Part shown: piece after piece, positions 36,062 to 50,976 of the stretch | Numbering within the stretch: position 1 is the stretch's first letter | How the letters are laid out: every line of letters begins with the position of its first letter | From: Octopus sinensis | Taxonomy: Eukaryota | DNA length: 64,000 bases | NCBI RefSeq assembly: GCF_006345805.1 | Contig: NC_043013.1 | Location: forward strand, 34,472,001 to 34,536,000 | Direction: 5' to 3' | Notes under the pieces: generated by a model | The model's database searches: none | Told to the model about the DNA's origin: nothing | What the model saw: the letters and a program-made list of their open reading frames with translations, nothing else | Program-made: the position numbers and the translations under genes

Positions 36062-36465
36062 AATATTCTTTTATTTGTTTCAGTCATTTGACTGTGGCCA
36101 TGCTGGAGCACCACCTTAATCAAGCAAATCGACCCCAGAACTTATTGTTATAAGCCTAGTACTTATTCTATTGGTCACTTTTGCTGAACCGCTAATTTAC
36201 AAGGACGTAATTACATCAGTTGTCAGGAAATGGTGGTGGGGACAAACACAGACACACACATATGTGTATCTATATATATATATATATATTTATATACGAC
36301 AAGCTTCTTTCAGTTTCCGTCTACCAAATCCACTCACAAGGCTTTGGTCATGCTGGTCAGCCAGAGGCTACAGTAGAAGACACTTGCCCAAAGTTCCACT
36401 GTGTGGCACTGAACCCAGAATCATGTGGTTGGTAAGCAAGATACTTACCATACTGCCACTCCTGC
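36062..36465 (-). mobile_element. SINE family A, full length
   Basis: Reverse complement of the family A consensus. Confidence 0.88.
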
Positions 36466-38251
36466 AAAAATAACTAAAATAATTTTCACCATTAACTTTT
36501 TCTCACTATATAATTGCTCCTAATTAGTTCATTCAATATTCCCTGCATTCATTTATATTAACTAAACTATATTACCTAGGGTTCCATCTTTCTCACCTTT
36601 CCTCTGCCCTTAAGCCTACATTACCAATTCCCCCACCCATGCACTCTCTCTCCTTCTCTCTTCTCTTTGCTACTCTATAGACTTTCTACTCCTCCTGACC
36701 ACCTCCTCTCCTTTTCTAATAAGTAACTTAAACTGCCCTGACCATATAGAAAGAGTGGTTTCCATCAATTTGTTTATATTCTGATATGTATTAACTGAGG
36801 AAGATATTGCTTAAGAAGAGAAATTCCATTTTTATCTATTGCACAATTATCTGAAATACACATATTAAATGTTTTCAGAAGTATACTTGGTTTGACTTCA
36901 TGACACACAGACACACACACACATATCTGGTGTACACAACTGAAGCAAAACAATGTTAAATTAAAATAGCTGTCAACGTGTCATTCTTAATCTAAATATA
37001 CCATTGGCAGAAAAGATGCTGTAGTTTTCATCCCAGATAAAATCTCTTATAGACATGCTGTGTTAAAAATAATATGTATATCAGAGGGATATATATGTAT
37101 ATCTATAATACATTAAAAATCAGTTTGAATCTTGCTTGCTTGCTTGCAATGTTACCCAGCCAAACTGGCAGATAATGGGAAAATAGTATGAATAAAGTTT
37201 ACCCTGAAATGTTAATACGGACGGAATAAAACAAGTTTCACATACATCAGACACGTAGTTTTAAAAATATTAGAGATTTTTCAGGTATAAATACCCAAAA
37301 CGGTGCATAATGGGAAAATATTCCGAAAATAATCTTCATCCGGAAAGGGAAGAAACTCATATCTTTCTATGAGAGACAGTGACTTGATAAGGGAAAAAAT
37401 ACAAATTCTTTAGAGTAAATGTTTCTATTCTTGCTTCTTTTAAACACAATAGTTCAATAATTTAGAAATATTTTTAAGTGAATGTGACATCAAACATGTA
37501 ATCTGTTTGTGCAGTAAGTATTTATATTTTAGCTTTCTTTAAACAGATAATATTTTTATGTTTTTTACAATTATTTTCAAGTGTATACCATTCCAAAAAT
37601 TTCTGTTAGCATATTTTAAAAATATTTTAAAGTTAAAATAACTTTAAAAATATGGTAAATATTTCATAAAAGACTCGTCCATAACCTTGGTGTGAAATAG
37701 TTTTTCCCCATCGATTTTTTTCAAGTGTATTCAACGTATCTCACTTCCAAACATTTGGCTGCTATTTCTAGCATGCCTTGCTACCACGTAATAGCTATTT
37801 GCGATAAAGAACCCGAAATACCTGTTACATGGTAGCAGGGCATACAATAAATAGCAACTAAATCTTTCCTTTTCTGTGGAAAGGAGCCATTTACATGTGA
37901 TTTCAATGTCACATTCATTGAAAGCAAGCAAAATAACCTGGGAAAGAAAAGAACCCACAAAACAAAACTCTGTTGCTGGGAAATTCAGAGTTTCCCAGTG
38001 ACTCAACAGGTCACGGGTAGTCTAGTGTATATATATATATATATATATATATAATGTGTGTCACATATAGAGGCTTTCATTTATGAGACAGCATGAGAAA
38101 TATGAAGAAATAATGCTGATGGGAAAATGTCCAATGGGACTTGAAAAGAAAAGTATATAGAAAAATAGGTGGAAGGATGGAAGAAATAGATATAAAGATA
38201 GATCAGAAAGTAAAAATAAACACTGAACCCAGGTATATATCTATCTATTTA

Positions 38252-38307
<56 letters not shown>

Positions 38308-38329
38308 TCTTCCTAATCAAATGAGGTAG

Positions 38330-38440
38330 CACTACCAAAGAGATAGACACCTCAATACAGGCCTCAGTGAAGAATAATGGAAATCTTTGTATCAAGGAAG
38401 CTATATTGATCCACTGGCTCAACCTGAAAAATTAACCTTA
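38330..38440 (+). mobile_element. Isolated PLE GIY-YIG C-terminal fragment, homologous to 40625-40720
   Basis: ATACAGGCCTCAGTGAAGAATAATGGAAATCTTTGTATCAAGGAAGCTATATTGATCCACTG is near-identical to 40640-40700. Confidence 0.8.
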
Positions 38441-38737
38441 TTCTAAGGCTTTTTAGCTGAGAAAATACATTAAATTCCACTTGTTTGCCCAATTTCTGTT
38501 GGTCTGTTACATATTTTCAGTAAGATTTGTGGTTAAGTTGGAAGTTTTTACTTCCACTTTCTAGCAGGCTGGTGCTTAGTGTACCTTCTAATATAATTAA
38601 TAATTTATTGTATAGCTGTTTAATGTTATTTTCAATCGCTGCCACCAATATTATTGTTATTGCTATTATCAGTTATTTAGATTTGTCCTTGATGATGATG
38701 ATGATAATGATAATAATAATAATAATAATAATAATAA

Positions 38738-38960
38738 TCATCGTTTAACCTCTGATTTCCATGCTAGCATGGGTTGAACGATTTGACTGAGGACTGGCAA
38801 GCCAGTTGGCTGCACCAGGCTCCAATCTGATCTGGCAGAGTTTCTACAGCTGGATACCCTTCCTAATGCCAACCACTCTCAGAGTGTAGTGGGTACTTTT
38901 ACATGCCACTGCCATGAGGGCCAGTTAGGCATTTCTGGCAATGGCCCCGCTCATCTTTAT
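38738..38960 (-). mobile_element. RTE-tail short copy
   Basis: CATCGTTTAACCTCTGATTTCCATGCTAGCATGGGTTG...CTACAGCTGGATACCCTTCCTAATGCCAACCAC, as in 28405-28560. Confidence 0.85.
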
Positions 38961-39984
38961 GAGTATATATTTTGTATATTTACTCATTCTTATATATATA
39001 TATATTTATGGTTCAATATAATTTCAATATAGCGAACCTTGTGCAAATGTCTTCTATTATTGCCATTGGCCAGCAAAAACCTTGTATGAGAATTTTGTAA
39101 ATGGTAACTCAATGAAGGCTGTTTGTGTATGTGCTTGTTTTTGTGTATGTATGCACACATTTGTTTACATGTAAACTTATTCATAAATTACCCCCACATG
39201 TAGTGCAAGAGGTGCTGTTGTTTTTAATTTCCCTTGTCGACAAATCATACTCTGGCTTTTTTGCATTCGGCCAAGTGTGAAGGAAGAGATCCTTTGCTTG
39301 AAAGACAGGTAAGAATTGGCAATAGGAAGGGTATCTGTTTGTGAAATATCGCCTCTACAATACACTCCACAAACCTCTGATTGCATGGAAATATAAATGT
39401 AGCACAACAACAATGATGAATGTGTTTTTGTCGGCAGACAGATGATGCTGCGATATTTTACATGATTATCCAAAATGTCTTCTAGCTAAATTGTAATACC
39501 AACAGCACTATAACGTTACTAAGTAACAGTTTCATCACTAGATACACTTACAAGGTTACTAAAATTTAGTGGTAGATTTTCCAAACATAGCTTTGCTTTG
39601 TCAAATACATCAGACCTTTTTTATTTCCATCTAATTAAGTGATTCTAAAGCTGTCGCCAACTTTTCTAATAAAAATACCTACCTTGTTATATGTGATAGA
39701 TTCATTTTACATTAAATAAAATAAAATACAAATACAGAAAATGTCTCTCTTATGATAAATTACATCACAAGAAATTTCTTTGATACATCACTTACAAAAC
39801 AATTCTATCGACATTTCTTTAAAGATTTTCACTACCAAAACATCTGGAGATAAGGTAGCTATCCTATATCTGAGAAAAAATAAAACTACTTCTGTTCTCT
39901 TTTGGCCAATGCGTAATCATATTCGTTGCACAATTATTTTGTTGCCCAAATTTCACAACTTTAATCATGAAATATATGGAACAC

Positions 39985-40727
39985 CTTTGTTACACAATCT
40001 AACCATTCCACATCTGAATGAAGGAAAATCTCACTACCAACGCATCTTTCTTCCACAAACACCTAGTCAAATGTAGCAACACCACCTCAAAGATAAACGC
40101 CTTAAAGATAAACACCTCCATAAAGATTTCACCTCCATGAAATATATTTTGCTTGCTTTTTTTTTCTGTAACTCAGACCCAAAAACCTAATACCAGTTTT
40201 CATTATTTTAGCATGTCGGTGTGTTTGGGTGTTTTTATGGTGTCTACAATGACAATTTTGTAAATAAACATGCCAAGTGGGATTTCTCTAAGACCTGTTT
40301 CTTGAAGTGTCCCCATTTTAATGATAAGTCCACCTCTACCATTTACAAGGCCATCTGCAGGGAAGGCCTAGGCATCCTACATAAGCCTCTATCAACAAGA
40401 GGGTCACACACAGATAAACAGCTCTGCACACTGGCAAACTGTTCCATTTGCAACACTAACATGTGCCTATGGGCATATGTGGTGTACAAGATACGATGCT
40501 TCACATGCAACACCTGTTACTTCGGTAGCACAATCTTACCATTCCACATCTCAATGAAGGAAAATCTCACTACCAACGCATCTTTCTTCCACAAACACCA
40601 AATCAAATGCAGCAACACCACCTCAAAGATACACACCCCCATACAGGCCTCAGAGAAGAACAATGGAAATCTTTGTATCAAGGAAGTTATATTGATCCAC
40701 TGCCTCAACCCAAAAATTAACAGTTGA
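39985..40727 (+). mobile_element. Penelope/Poseidon-type PLE relic: GIY-YIG pseudo-ORF (40221-40727) with an internal ~105-bp duplicate at ~39990-40097
   Basis: CTLANCSICNTNMC..VVYKIRCFTCNTCYFGST..HISMKENL..KHQIKC..ASEKNNGNLCIKEVILI..NPKIN. The catalytic R/H positions are substituted. Confidence 0.8.
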
Positions 40728-41026
40728 CCAAAGATGAGCCAGTGGCTCCTATGAAAACGTCATGGCATCTGTGACCAAGATCAGAACATACTCCACCAAT
40801 ACTACCTTCCACCACCACCACCACATGACCAATACTTGGAGAGTTGCTGCTGCTGCTGCTGCTAACCCAAATGCCAAGCAGTTTAAATAAAATAGCAAAA
40901 CTGATATAAATAGACATTTATTGAACAGTTTCCCTCTAAGAATGAGCCTTTGTACCTTGATATAAAGGTTTTTGTAAAACTTTCTGCATTGTTTGAAGCT
41001 GTCTTTATTTTCCTTTTCTTTTTCTA

Positions 41027-41123
<97 letters not shown>

Positions 41124-41154
41124 CTTCATAATTTGAAACTGACTTATTGGAAGT

Positions 41155-41197
41155 CCACCTGAAGATTGTCGATCAGGACAAGAAACAATTGTAGTGG
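41155..41197 (+). ncRNA. Minimal type I hammerhead ribozyme, core fully intact
   Basis: CCAC CTGAAGA TTGTC gatcag GACAA GAAA CAATTG TA GTGG. Stems I (4 bp), II (5 bp) and palindromic III; predicted cleavage after A41193. Confidence 0.9.
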
Positions 41198-41364
41198 CGG
41201 TTTTTTGACTTTTTATTAAAATTTTATGTATTGATTAAGTCTTTCCTTGTTTGTTTTGCAAAATAGTGGTTTGGTCTCTAATAATATTATATAATATTTT
41301 ACTATAAAATTGGATTTAATCCTAAATCTGATTTTTTCCCTGTAAATTTGGATTTATTCCCTAA

Positions 41365-41690
<326 letters not shown>

Positions 41691-41994
41691 AAATGCCAAA
41701 ATGTAAAAATGAAAAAGACAAATGAAAACATACGAAATAAAATCGTTTTTATTTTGTATTTTTTAAATTTATTTTGCTCATTTTTTACATTCTGGTGTTT
41801 TGCTGAGATTTTTTTCTTGAGAACACATTCTTCATGGTAATGGCGATTTGACGTCTATGTTTAGCATATAGGGTGTCCACTTTAGTGGTCATTCGTCTAA
41901 ATTTTGTATGTATCACAATTTTTAATCTTTGGATTTTTAAGCCACTGGTTTTAATTGATTAGCACCAATTTCTATCCTTACTATTTAATTTTAT

Positions 41995-42272
41995 ATATGC
42001 CAGCGCCGTCTTGGCTGGCTTCCGTGCCGGTGGCACGTTAAAAGCACCAACCGATCATGGCCAATGCCAAAACCCCCTGGCACCTGTGCAGGTGGCACGT
42101 AAAAAGTACCCACTACACTCGCGGAGTGGCTGGCGTTAGAAAGGGCATCCAGCTGTAGAAACACTGCCAGATCAGACTGGAGCCTGGTGCAGCCCTGGCT
42201 TCCCAAACCCCGGTCGAACCGTCCAACCCATGCTAGTGTGGAAAACGGACGTTAAACGATGATGATGATGAA
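41995..42272 (+). mobile_element. RTE-tail short copy, young
   Basis: CpG-rich; reverse complement of 28400-28680; ends in (GAT)n. Confidence 0.9.
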
Positions 42273-42913
42273 TTGAGGAGAGAAAAAGAAAATGGATTTG
42301 GTATGAATCTTTATTCAATGCACTCCTCATCAATTATGAATAAATTGAACACTGCAGAATTCCTGAAGTAGATCCGGTGAAAATTACACCATAACTGTGG
42401 ATGACATCAGGTACCCCAAATGGTAGATATGCTTTAAACGTCATGCTGACAGACATTTACCCAAAGTCCAAATAATTACTTATATATTCATGTATATATT
42501 TATAATATATACAAATACACAAAAAACTAATATGTTTCTGTGAAAGAAATTTGTTCAACTGACCAGCATCATATCAGGTAAAATTCTCTGAGGAATTTTC
42601 GTGGAACCAGACTTCTTTACTGATGAATTTGGGAGTCAAGCATTTTGGATGGAACATTTCCTTAGTATGAAAATACCATAATTTCTGTACAACAACTGCA
42701 AAAAACATCATCAACAACAACAACAACAACAACGAAATTAATAACAATTTCTAAATAAGGCCCCTTTATTTCTAAAGGATGAGTCAGTACACGTTTTTTA
42801 GAGTGGAATCATGTTTTTACAGCTGAGTGTTTTGCCAATCAAATTAATCCGAAAACCGAAAATAGGACCGAAAATCTGTGTGTTTTTGTATTTTCTTTTC
42901 TCCCTTCATTCAC

Positions 42914-42955
<42 letters not shown>

Positions 42956-43249
42956 CCTAATCATCATTATTATTATTACTATTTTGGCTTTTGTTTTTAT
43001 TTTACTCATTGCTTCCGCATCATTGAAGAAGAAACTGATAAACATGTAATTAAGAATTCATTTCTCTTTTGCCACCCAACCATCACACAATTCTTCTCCC
43101 TTGTGCACGTACATACACACACCCAAACATACATGCACACACTTTCTCCTCCTCTAAATTTCTCCCCCTCTTTCCATCTCCCTCACAGCCAATCTTATTT
43201 TTTTCCCTCCTTATATAATATCATGTCTCTTTCCCTCTTCTTATATATG

Positions 43250-43261
43250 TGCATGTATGTG

Positions 43262-43295
<34 letters not shown>

Positions 43296-43351
43296 TATAT
43301 GTGTGTGTGTGTATGTATGTATACACACACAAACACATATATATGTGTGTG

Positions 43352-43387
<36 letters not shown>

Positions 43388-44423
43388 CACTCAATCTTCC
43401 TCATTTTATTCGTTATGTGTAATAAATGTATGTATACATCTACATTATTGCATATAGATATATGGACATGATATATATACATATATATAATACATACACA
43501 TACATTCAATATACATATAATATTACGCGCACACATATATATTATACTACACACACACACACACATATATTTGCTATCTTTGCTTGCTTACCTTATGTTT
43601 AAAAAAATAATATACATGTACACAGGCATTTTCTCATTTAAATAATTTATATTTCATTTATATATTTCAAGCACACACACACACACACACACATATACAC
43701 ATATGCATATATATAAGCACACACTCGCATGTACAACATATACTCACTCCAACAGATATCAATATTTATCCTCACTCCTACCTCACTTATTTGACTCCCC
43801 TTCCTACTACTCTTTATTAGTCTCTCTATTACTCCTTATCTCTTTCTCTTATAGTGCTTTCTTTTACCCTCTCATTTTATTAAGAGTCCATCCCCCCCCA
43901 TACATATATATACATACACACATATATATGCACACACACACACACACACACATATATGTGTATATTATGAATGCATATATATATATATATGTATATGCAC
44001 ACACACTGGCACACTCTCATATTCAACATACATACCTATATATAGATATGTATTTATGTATGTATCAGTGTTATATGCATATATGTGTACATTATATGTG
44101 TGAGTGTATGTTTGTATATAAATATATATTATATATACATACATATATATATATATATATTATATATCTATATATATATATATATATGTATGTGTATATA
44201 ATATATATATATATATAATATATATATATATTATATATATATATATCTATATATATATATATATATATATGTATTTGTCTGTATGTGTGTGTGTATGTAT
44301 ATATGTATGTATTTCTGTATTTGTATGTATGTGTGTATATATATGTATTTGTATGTATGTGTATATATATATGTGTGTATTTGTATGTATGTGTGTATAT
44401 ATATATGTGTGTGTATTTGTATG

Positions 44424-44486
<63 letters not shown>

Positions 44487-44530
44487 CATATATATATATA
44501 TATATATAATATATATATATATGTATGTGT

Positions 44531-44564
<34 letters not shown>

Positions 44565-44568
44565 ATAT

Positions 44569-44650
<82 letters not shown>

Positions 44651-44838
44651 TTGTCTGTATGTGTGTGTGTGTATGTATATATATATGTATGTATTTCTGT
44701 ATTTGTATGTATGGTGTATATATATGTATTTGTATGTATGTGTATATATATATGTGTGTATTTGTATGTATGTGTGTATATATATATATATGTGTGTGTA
44801 TTTGTATGTATGTGTTATATATATATATATATTATATA

Positions 44839-44881
<43 letters not shown>

Positions 44882-44927
44882 CATATTACAGACACACTGT
44901 TTCTCTCACTCTCTCACTCTCTCTCTC

Positions 44928-44968
<41 letters not shown>

Positions 44969-46150
44969 GATATATATATATATATATATAGTTGTTATCA
45001 CTTTGTTTACTATCTCTTATATTCCTCTAGTCTTCTCTCTCTTCTCATTTCCTTTCTCTTTCTCTCTGTCTTCATCTTCCTCTTGTTATCACATCTATTT
45101 CTCTTTCTTTACAATCTTTAATTCATCCAACACCCCCTAGGGTAAGATGAGTGTATGCATGGGTGTGTGTCCGTGTGTGCTTTAATGTATAATTAAAGAA
45201 ATCTTCCTTCATTCTATGTTAGTTGTTATTAAGTATCTTATATGTCTGCTTTTAAAATCACATTAATAACAGGGAGAAGTGGGAGGTGGGACGGAAGCAG
45301 GTGGGTGTTTGTTTGTATCATTTTTTGACTATTCTTATGCATATACAATGTGTGTATGTGCTTATACATGTATGTGTGTGTGTATCTATATGTATGTGTA
45401 TCTGTGTAAATACACACACACATATTTGTGTGTGTATTATATATATATATATATATATACACACACATACATATATGCAACATACGTTTAAAAGACACAC
45501 ACATATTTGTGTGTATATATATATATATACACACACACACACATATATGCAACATACGTATACATATACACACACATATACATACATTAAAATCAAATTA
45601 AATGCAGCATCACAAAAAATAGATTCTAATTTTTTGTACAATCTATTATAATTTTCTTCTCTTGTATGTGCGTGTGTGCATGTGTATTTGAGAGTGTGTG
45701 TATGTGTGCGTGAATGTGTGCGTGTACGTCTGTATGTATGTGTGTTTGTGTGTATGTATATGTGCTTCCTTATCTTTGTGTGCATTGGTGCATTGTCTTT
45801 TTTTTTTTTTCATACTCTATTTGAAAATATTTCAAACTTACTCTTCATATTTCTAAGCAGAAAACTTAAAAATACAGCCTTTTCCCGTTCTTGAAAATAT
45901 TTAGCAATTTGCTTTCATTTTGTATGTGTATATAAATGGGTGTGGGGTGTGTATACATACATACATACACATATATGTATACACACACACAAATAGGTAT
46001 AAGCATACACACACACACATCCGTACAAACATCTGTGTATGCACATATACATATACATATATATGCTTGTACGTAGACTTTATATATATATGGATATATA
46101 TATGTGTGTGTATGTACATGTGTATGTGTGTGTAAGCATGTGCATGTATG
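43250..46150. repeat. ~2.9-kb compound (TA)/(TG)/(CA)/(CT) microsatellite field with internal duplications
   Basis: Direct inspection. Confidence 0.95.
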
Positions 46151-46734
46151 TATATTTATCTTCATTAGCATTTTAACGTCCAATTTTCCTTGATAGTATG
46201 GGTCAGATGAAAATTCATAAAATCTATTTAAGGTTATCAGAACAACATAAACTGCATAGTTATTAGCTTGCAAGATTATAAAGGAGATAAGAACTGGTAT
46301 ATGATGAATATGATTCTCATTTTTTTCTCTCATTAGCCTTGTCATTAGATATGAAAGATTTTGTAATATTTACATTTTCATTGCATTTGAATCAGTTTGA
46401 TCTTCAAATGTCATCAGGTGTCTCGATCTCACAAAAAAATAAACTCTCTTTCTAAACTAAGTGTTAAAATGTATAAGAATAAGATAGTTATTGATGTTAG
46501 GAGATAAAATTTGTTCAAACATAATTTAAGTATAATATTTGAAACTATAAGAATTTTATAAACTTTCAAGATAACAGGAATTAATTCTTTTGTGGAACAG
46601 TGGATGCTGAAGCAATAAATAATCTGTCAATATTGGGTTAGAAAACATTTTTGGATGGAAAAAGTCAAAAGCTTCCCATGGGATCTGAACCCATATCTCT
46701 TGCTTAAGTAATTGTAGAGTTATGTCATCATTGT

Positions 46735-47230
46735 CATCGTCATATAACATCTGTTTTCCATGCTGGCATGGGTTAGATGGCTTGACAAGAGTTGGCCAGG
46801 CAGAAGCCTACCCCAGGCTATTGTGTCTATTTCAGTATGGTTTTTACAGCTGGACACTGTTCCTAACAACCAACCAATGCACAGAGTGGACTAAGTGCTT
46901 ATTAAGAGGCACCAGCACAGGCAAGGATAGTTTTGGCCTGTTTTTTACAACCATTTCTTAAAGGCATGCATTTGGTCCTACTGCTAGCTCTTTTAAGTTT
47001 CGATTGAATAATCATATTCTAAAACCAAAGTTCCACATAAAAAAGCATTTGTGTGGGTGCTGGTGCCACATAAAAGCCACACAGTACACCCTGTAAAATG
47101 GTTGGTATTAGGAAGGGCATCCAGCAGTAGAAACCACCCCAAAACAGACTATGGAATCTGGTGTGACTTCTTGCCCTGTCACTTCTTCTCAAGCCATACA
47201 TAGAAAATGGATATTAAAAAATGATGAGGA
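46735..47230. mobile_element. Two RTE-tail short copies in opposite orientation (46735-46930 minus, 47040-47230 plus)
   Basis: CCATGCTGGCATGGGTTAG...TTTTACAGCTGGACAC and GGTGCCACATAAAAG...TTAGGAAGGGCATCCAGC. Confidence 0.7.
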
Positions 47231-47410
47231 TGTCATTTTGAAGCTGATGGAACCTTGTATATCACTTTATCTTGGAATTTTCTTTATTGCATCAGTTAGA
47301 ATGAACAGACTGTTTTTATATCTTTCCAAGTTCTCTTAGAATGGTGATGCCAATATGATTGATATTCCAACTGAATGTTGCAAATCAAAACAGTTCCAAG
47401 AAAATTGTGC

Positions 47411-47634
47411 ATAGGTGTAGGAGTGGCTGTGTGGTAAGTAGCTTGCTTGCGAACTACATGGTTCTGGGTTCAGTCCTACTGTGTGGCACCTTGGGCAAGA
47501 GTCTTCTACAATAACCTCGGGCCAACCTAAGCCTTGTGAGTGGATTTGGTAGACGGAGCTGAAAGAAGCTCGTCGTATATATGTGTATTATATATATATA
47601 TATATATATAATAAATATATATATATTATATATA

Positions 47635-47676
<42 letters not shown>

Positions 47677-47897
47677 GTATATGTTTGTGTGTCTGTGTTT
47701 GTCCCCCAACATCGCTTGACAAATGATGCTCGTATGTTTAAATCCCTGTAACTTAGCGGTTCGGCAAAAGAGACTGATAGAATAAGTACTAGGCTTACAA
47801 AAAAATAAGTCAATTTGCTCGAGTAAAGGCAGTGCTCCAACATGGCCACAGTCAAATGACTGAAACAAGTAAAAGAGTAAAAACAAGTAAAAGAGAG
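47411..47897 (+). mobile_element. SINE family A, full length with expanded internal (TA)n
   Basis: Colinear with the family A consensus. Confidence 0.92.
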
Positions 47898-48419
47898 AAG
47901 AAATTTTATGCGACTGATATTCTGGGGAGAACCAAAGTTCTTCACTAACCCATGGAAATAATGCTTATTGTAGGATCTGGTTAAGTGAACAGAATATGGT
48001 AATGAAAAGAAAAGAGATGAGTGAGTCAAGTCTAGAGTGTCTGAGAGGAGATTACCTTGTTTTTACGAAACAGAATGCTGGGAAATTTTGTAAATCTGAA
48101 ATTACAATTCGTTGGAGTAAAGCACTTTCTTATATACAACGATATAACAAACTGGTTCAAGTGGAACTCAAGTAATGTAAATGAGGTACACAAGGAAATA
48201 TTGTTGAAAAGATTGTGTAATCTAAAGATGTACTAATTTTTAGAAGGGTTTAAGCTAAATGAAGTAAATACAAATGAACTGCATAGGAGCTAATACTAAC
48301 TAATTATAAATGTCAGATGATAATGAAGTGGTAATATTCAAATATTATTGATAAATTAGAGAAATAACATAGTTTAAAGTATTTTGTTTTCTATGTATTA
48401 ATTAAATCAGAGTTTTTTT

Positions 48420-49620
48420 TTTTGTGTGTGTGTATAAAGGTTGCATGTTCTTTGGCTAACAGGATCAAACCTTGTGCTTGATAAAATGCTTCATTTAAGT
48501 TTTAATTTTTCAGTTCCCAGATAAAGTGAAATGACAAGATTTTATCAGGCTTCTAAATGTAGGTAAGATTATGCAAGTGAAATTAAGAAGGGCTAGAAGT
48601 AGGACTAGTGTATACATTTGAAGAATTATTAGCTTGTACAAGGAATTGCTAAACTTTACCATTAGCTATGCAATAGACAAGTGGGGAAGGCATTAATTAG
48701 TATTAATATAATGATAATTAGTTATAAACTAATTTGTATATCAAGGCAGAAAGGTTAGATAACGTTAAAGACTGGATATAGTTGAGTAAAAGATTTTTGT
48801 AGCGTTTTTTTTCAGAAATATTATAATATTTATGTTATGGTGAGATAGGGAAATGTAAATAATTAAAAATATTTTGACACTTATGTTGTTGCAGTTAAGT
48901 TAAGAGGAGGGTTATACCAATTCATATGTCTTTTCCTATTTCTTTCAACAGGATATTTTGGAATATATTCAATATGACAAATTTTCTGTTTAAAAGTGCT
49001 TCTAGAAAAGAACTTCATTATAGTACTGGATGACTAAGTAAATATTTGTTGCTCAACAGAAAGGTTAGACAATCTGGGAAAAATATTCTCAACTAAATTA
49101 TTAATAATATTCCTTGGGTAGTTGGAATGTTTATCATGAAAGAAATTTATTTCGATCTATCTCATAAGTGGATCACCTTTCTATTCTTTTAATTTAATCA
49201 ACTTTCCGCATTTTTATCTAATCTTATTTTCCCTTGCATTATTTTATTTTATATTCAATTTTATTTTTACCATGCATTTTTATATCTACTTATTTACTTA
49301 TTTAATCATCTAACCTAATACATCTCAACTCATTGTATTCATTCTACTTCAACATTAATTTATCATTCTTTTTCATCTTTCTTGTTTCATTTTGCCCTTT
49401 CTTGTTTTATCCTGCCTTGAATTATTTTAATTTTGCCTGCACATCCCTATGCCTGAAATTTCTCTCATTTTTTTTATAATTCAATCAATTGCCGCTTTTC
49501 CCAATCTCTTTGATTTAATCAAGACTTGGAGAAAAAATATTATAAAAAAAACTTATGTCTGGTATATTATAAATGTTCGAGATAAGACTTCAAGTATTAC
49601 TTCTTCATTATCACTTGGCA
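48420..49620 (-). mobile_element. Highly decayed Neptune-type PLE (RT C-terminal linker to GIY-YIG)
   Basis: Minus-strand remnants KNRKRHMNWYNPPL (~48900-48945; cf. RKRNIIWFNPP) and HFIWELKN...SILSSTRFDPVSQRTCNL (~48435-48535). The upper boundary is uncertain. Confidence 0.6.
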
Positions 49621-50222
49621 TTAAATTATTTATTAGGAAATAAGCCTTCCAACATATCTTTAAATTTCAAATGCTTATTCTTCACTGCCCTTTAAACAAT
49701 TTTTTTCTTGTATAACAAATTTATCTTACATGAATTCCTCTTCAGCCATTTTGTTACAATTCTACTCATAACTAATTATTTTAACCCATTTAATATAAGC
49801 TTAAGATTTCCTAAATTTAGTTGTATTTAAAAGTTTTTAACTGGTTACCATAAGTTATTTTCCCATCAACTTCCATTTTCATTTCATATAATTTCTCTTT
49901 AATCTACTGCTCTTATTTGTGTGACAACAGATAGTAACAGCTGTTTTCAAACTCTCCTATACAATATATTTATTTTATGAATATCTTATAAATACTTATA
50001 AATGATAATCAAGTGATTTGCACAAATTCTTTGCACTGTTCTATCTCATAGCCTTAGTAGACAAAATGGAAAAGATGTTGTCTTGGAGGATGATGAGGGA
50101 GATATGCATCTCCTTCACCATTCTCTGGAGCAATGCCTTTTCCATTTTGTCTGGTGGGGTCATGAGAAATGTTTCTAATAAAAATATATAATGAAAAACA
50201 TATATATATATATTATATATAT

Positions 50223-50299
<77 letters not shown>

Positions 50300-50976
50300 G
50301 ACTCATGTCAACTTCAATACACAGGTTATTTTTCCATCTTACATCTCTTTAGATAGAAGCAGTGGTGGGCCTCATTTAAAATATCCATTGATCAAATTGT
50401 TCTGTCTCTCTCCTTTAATATTTATCTTCAAACTGTTTCCCTTTTACTTTTTATTTTAAATTGTTTCAGCCTTGTAGGGGTACCAGCTTAAAGGGTTTAA
50501 TCAAATAAATTGATCAGGCTCACACACACACAAACAACAGTCTTTCACACAGATTCTATCAACAACCAAATTCACTCAGAAAGCATTGGTTGACCCAGAT
50601 TTCAATGAAAGACAGTTGCCCAAAGACTGAACCCAAAACTGTGCGATTGAAAAGCAAGATTCTTAGCCATACGAATTCCTTGTCATTATCACCATGTTTT
50701 GTCATCATCACCATGAACGAATAATATGTAGCAATCAGTAAACATTCAAAAGAAGTTTTAACTCAGCTCTCCATGATTTGGCCTTTTTTTTCCATTGTTT
50801 TCCATTGTTCCCTGAACAAGCACTTTGTACAAAGACACACAAACACATGCACCACATACACATGCTGCTGGAAGTAAAGCACCCCTGGTAGAGGCTGTCA
50901 AAGTAGCAAGGCCAAAGAATCAAGAGCTTACCCACTGGTAGTTGTACCTTTGTTATAATATCATGTAAAAAAGCAT

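Noticed and set aside
37822-37937. Exon-like segment on the minus strand with strong acceptor (TTTCTTTCCCAG|) and CAG|GTATTT donor
   Set aside because: Two frames are open and neither is recognisable; cannot be assigned without transcript data.
40930-40985. Possible additional hammerhead (stem AGCCTTTGTA/TATAAAGGTT) after the PLE ORF
   Set aside because: Core boxes are too degenerate (CTAAGA, GTAAAAC) and there is no stem I/III support.
45866-46345. 159-aa minus-strand ORF with a hydrophobic stretch
   Set aside because: More than half is microsatellite translation; the unique part has no recognisable motif or clear splice sites.
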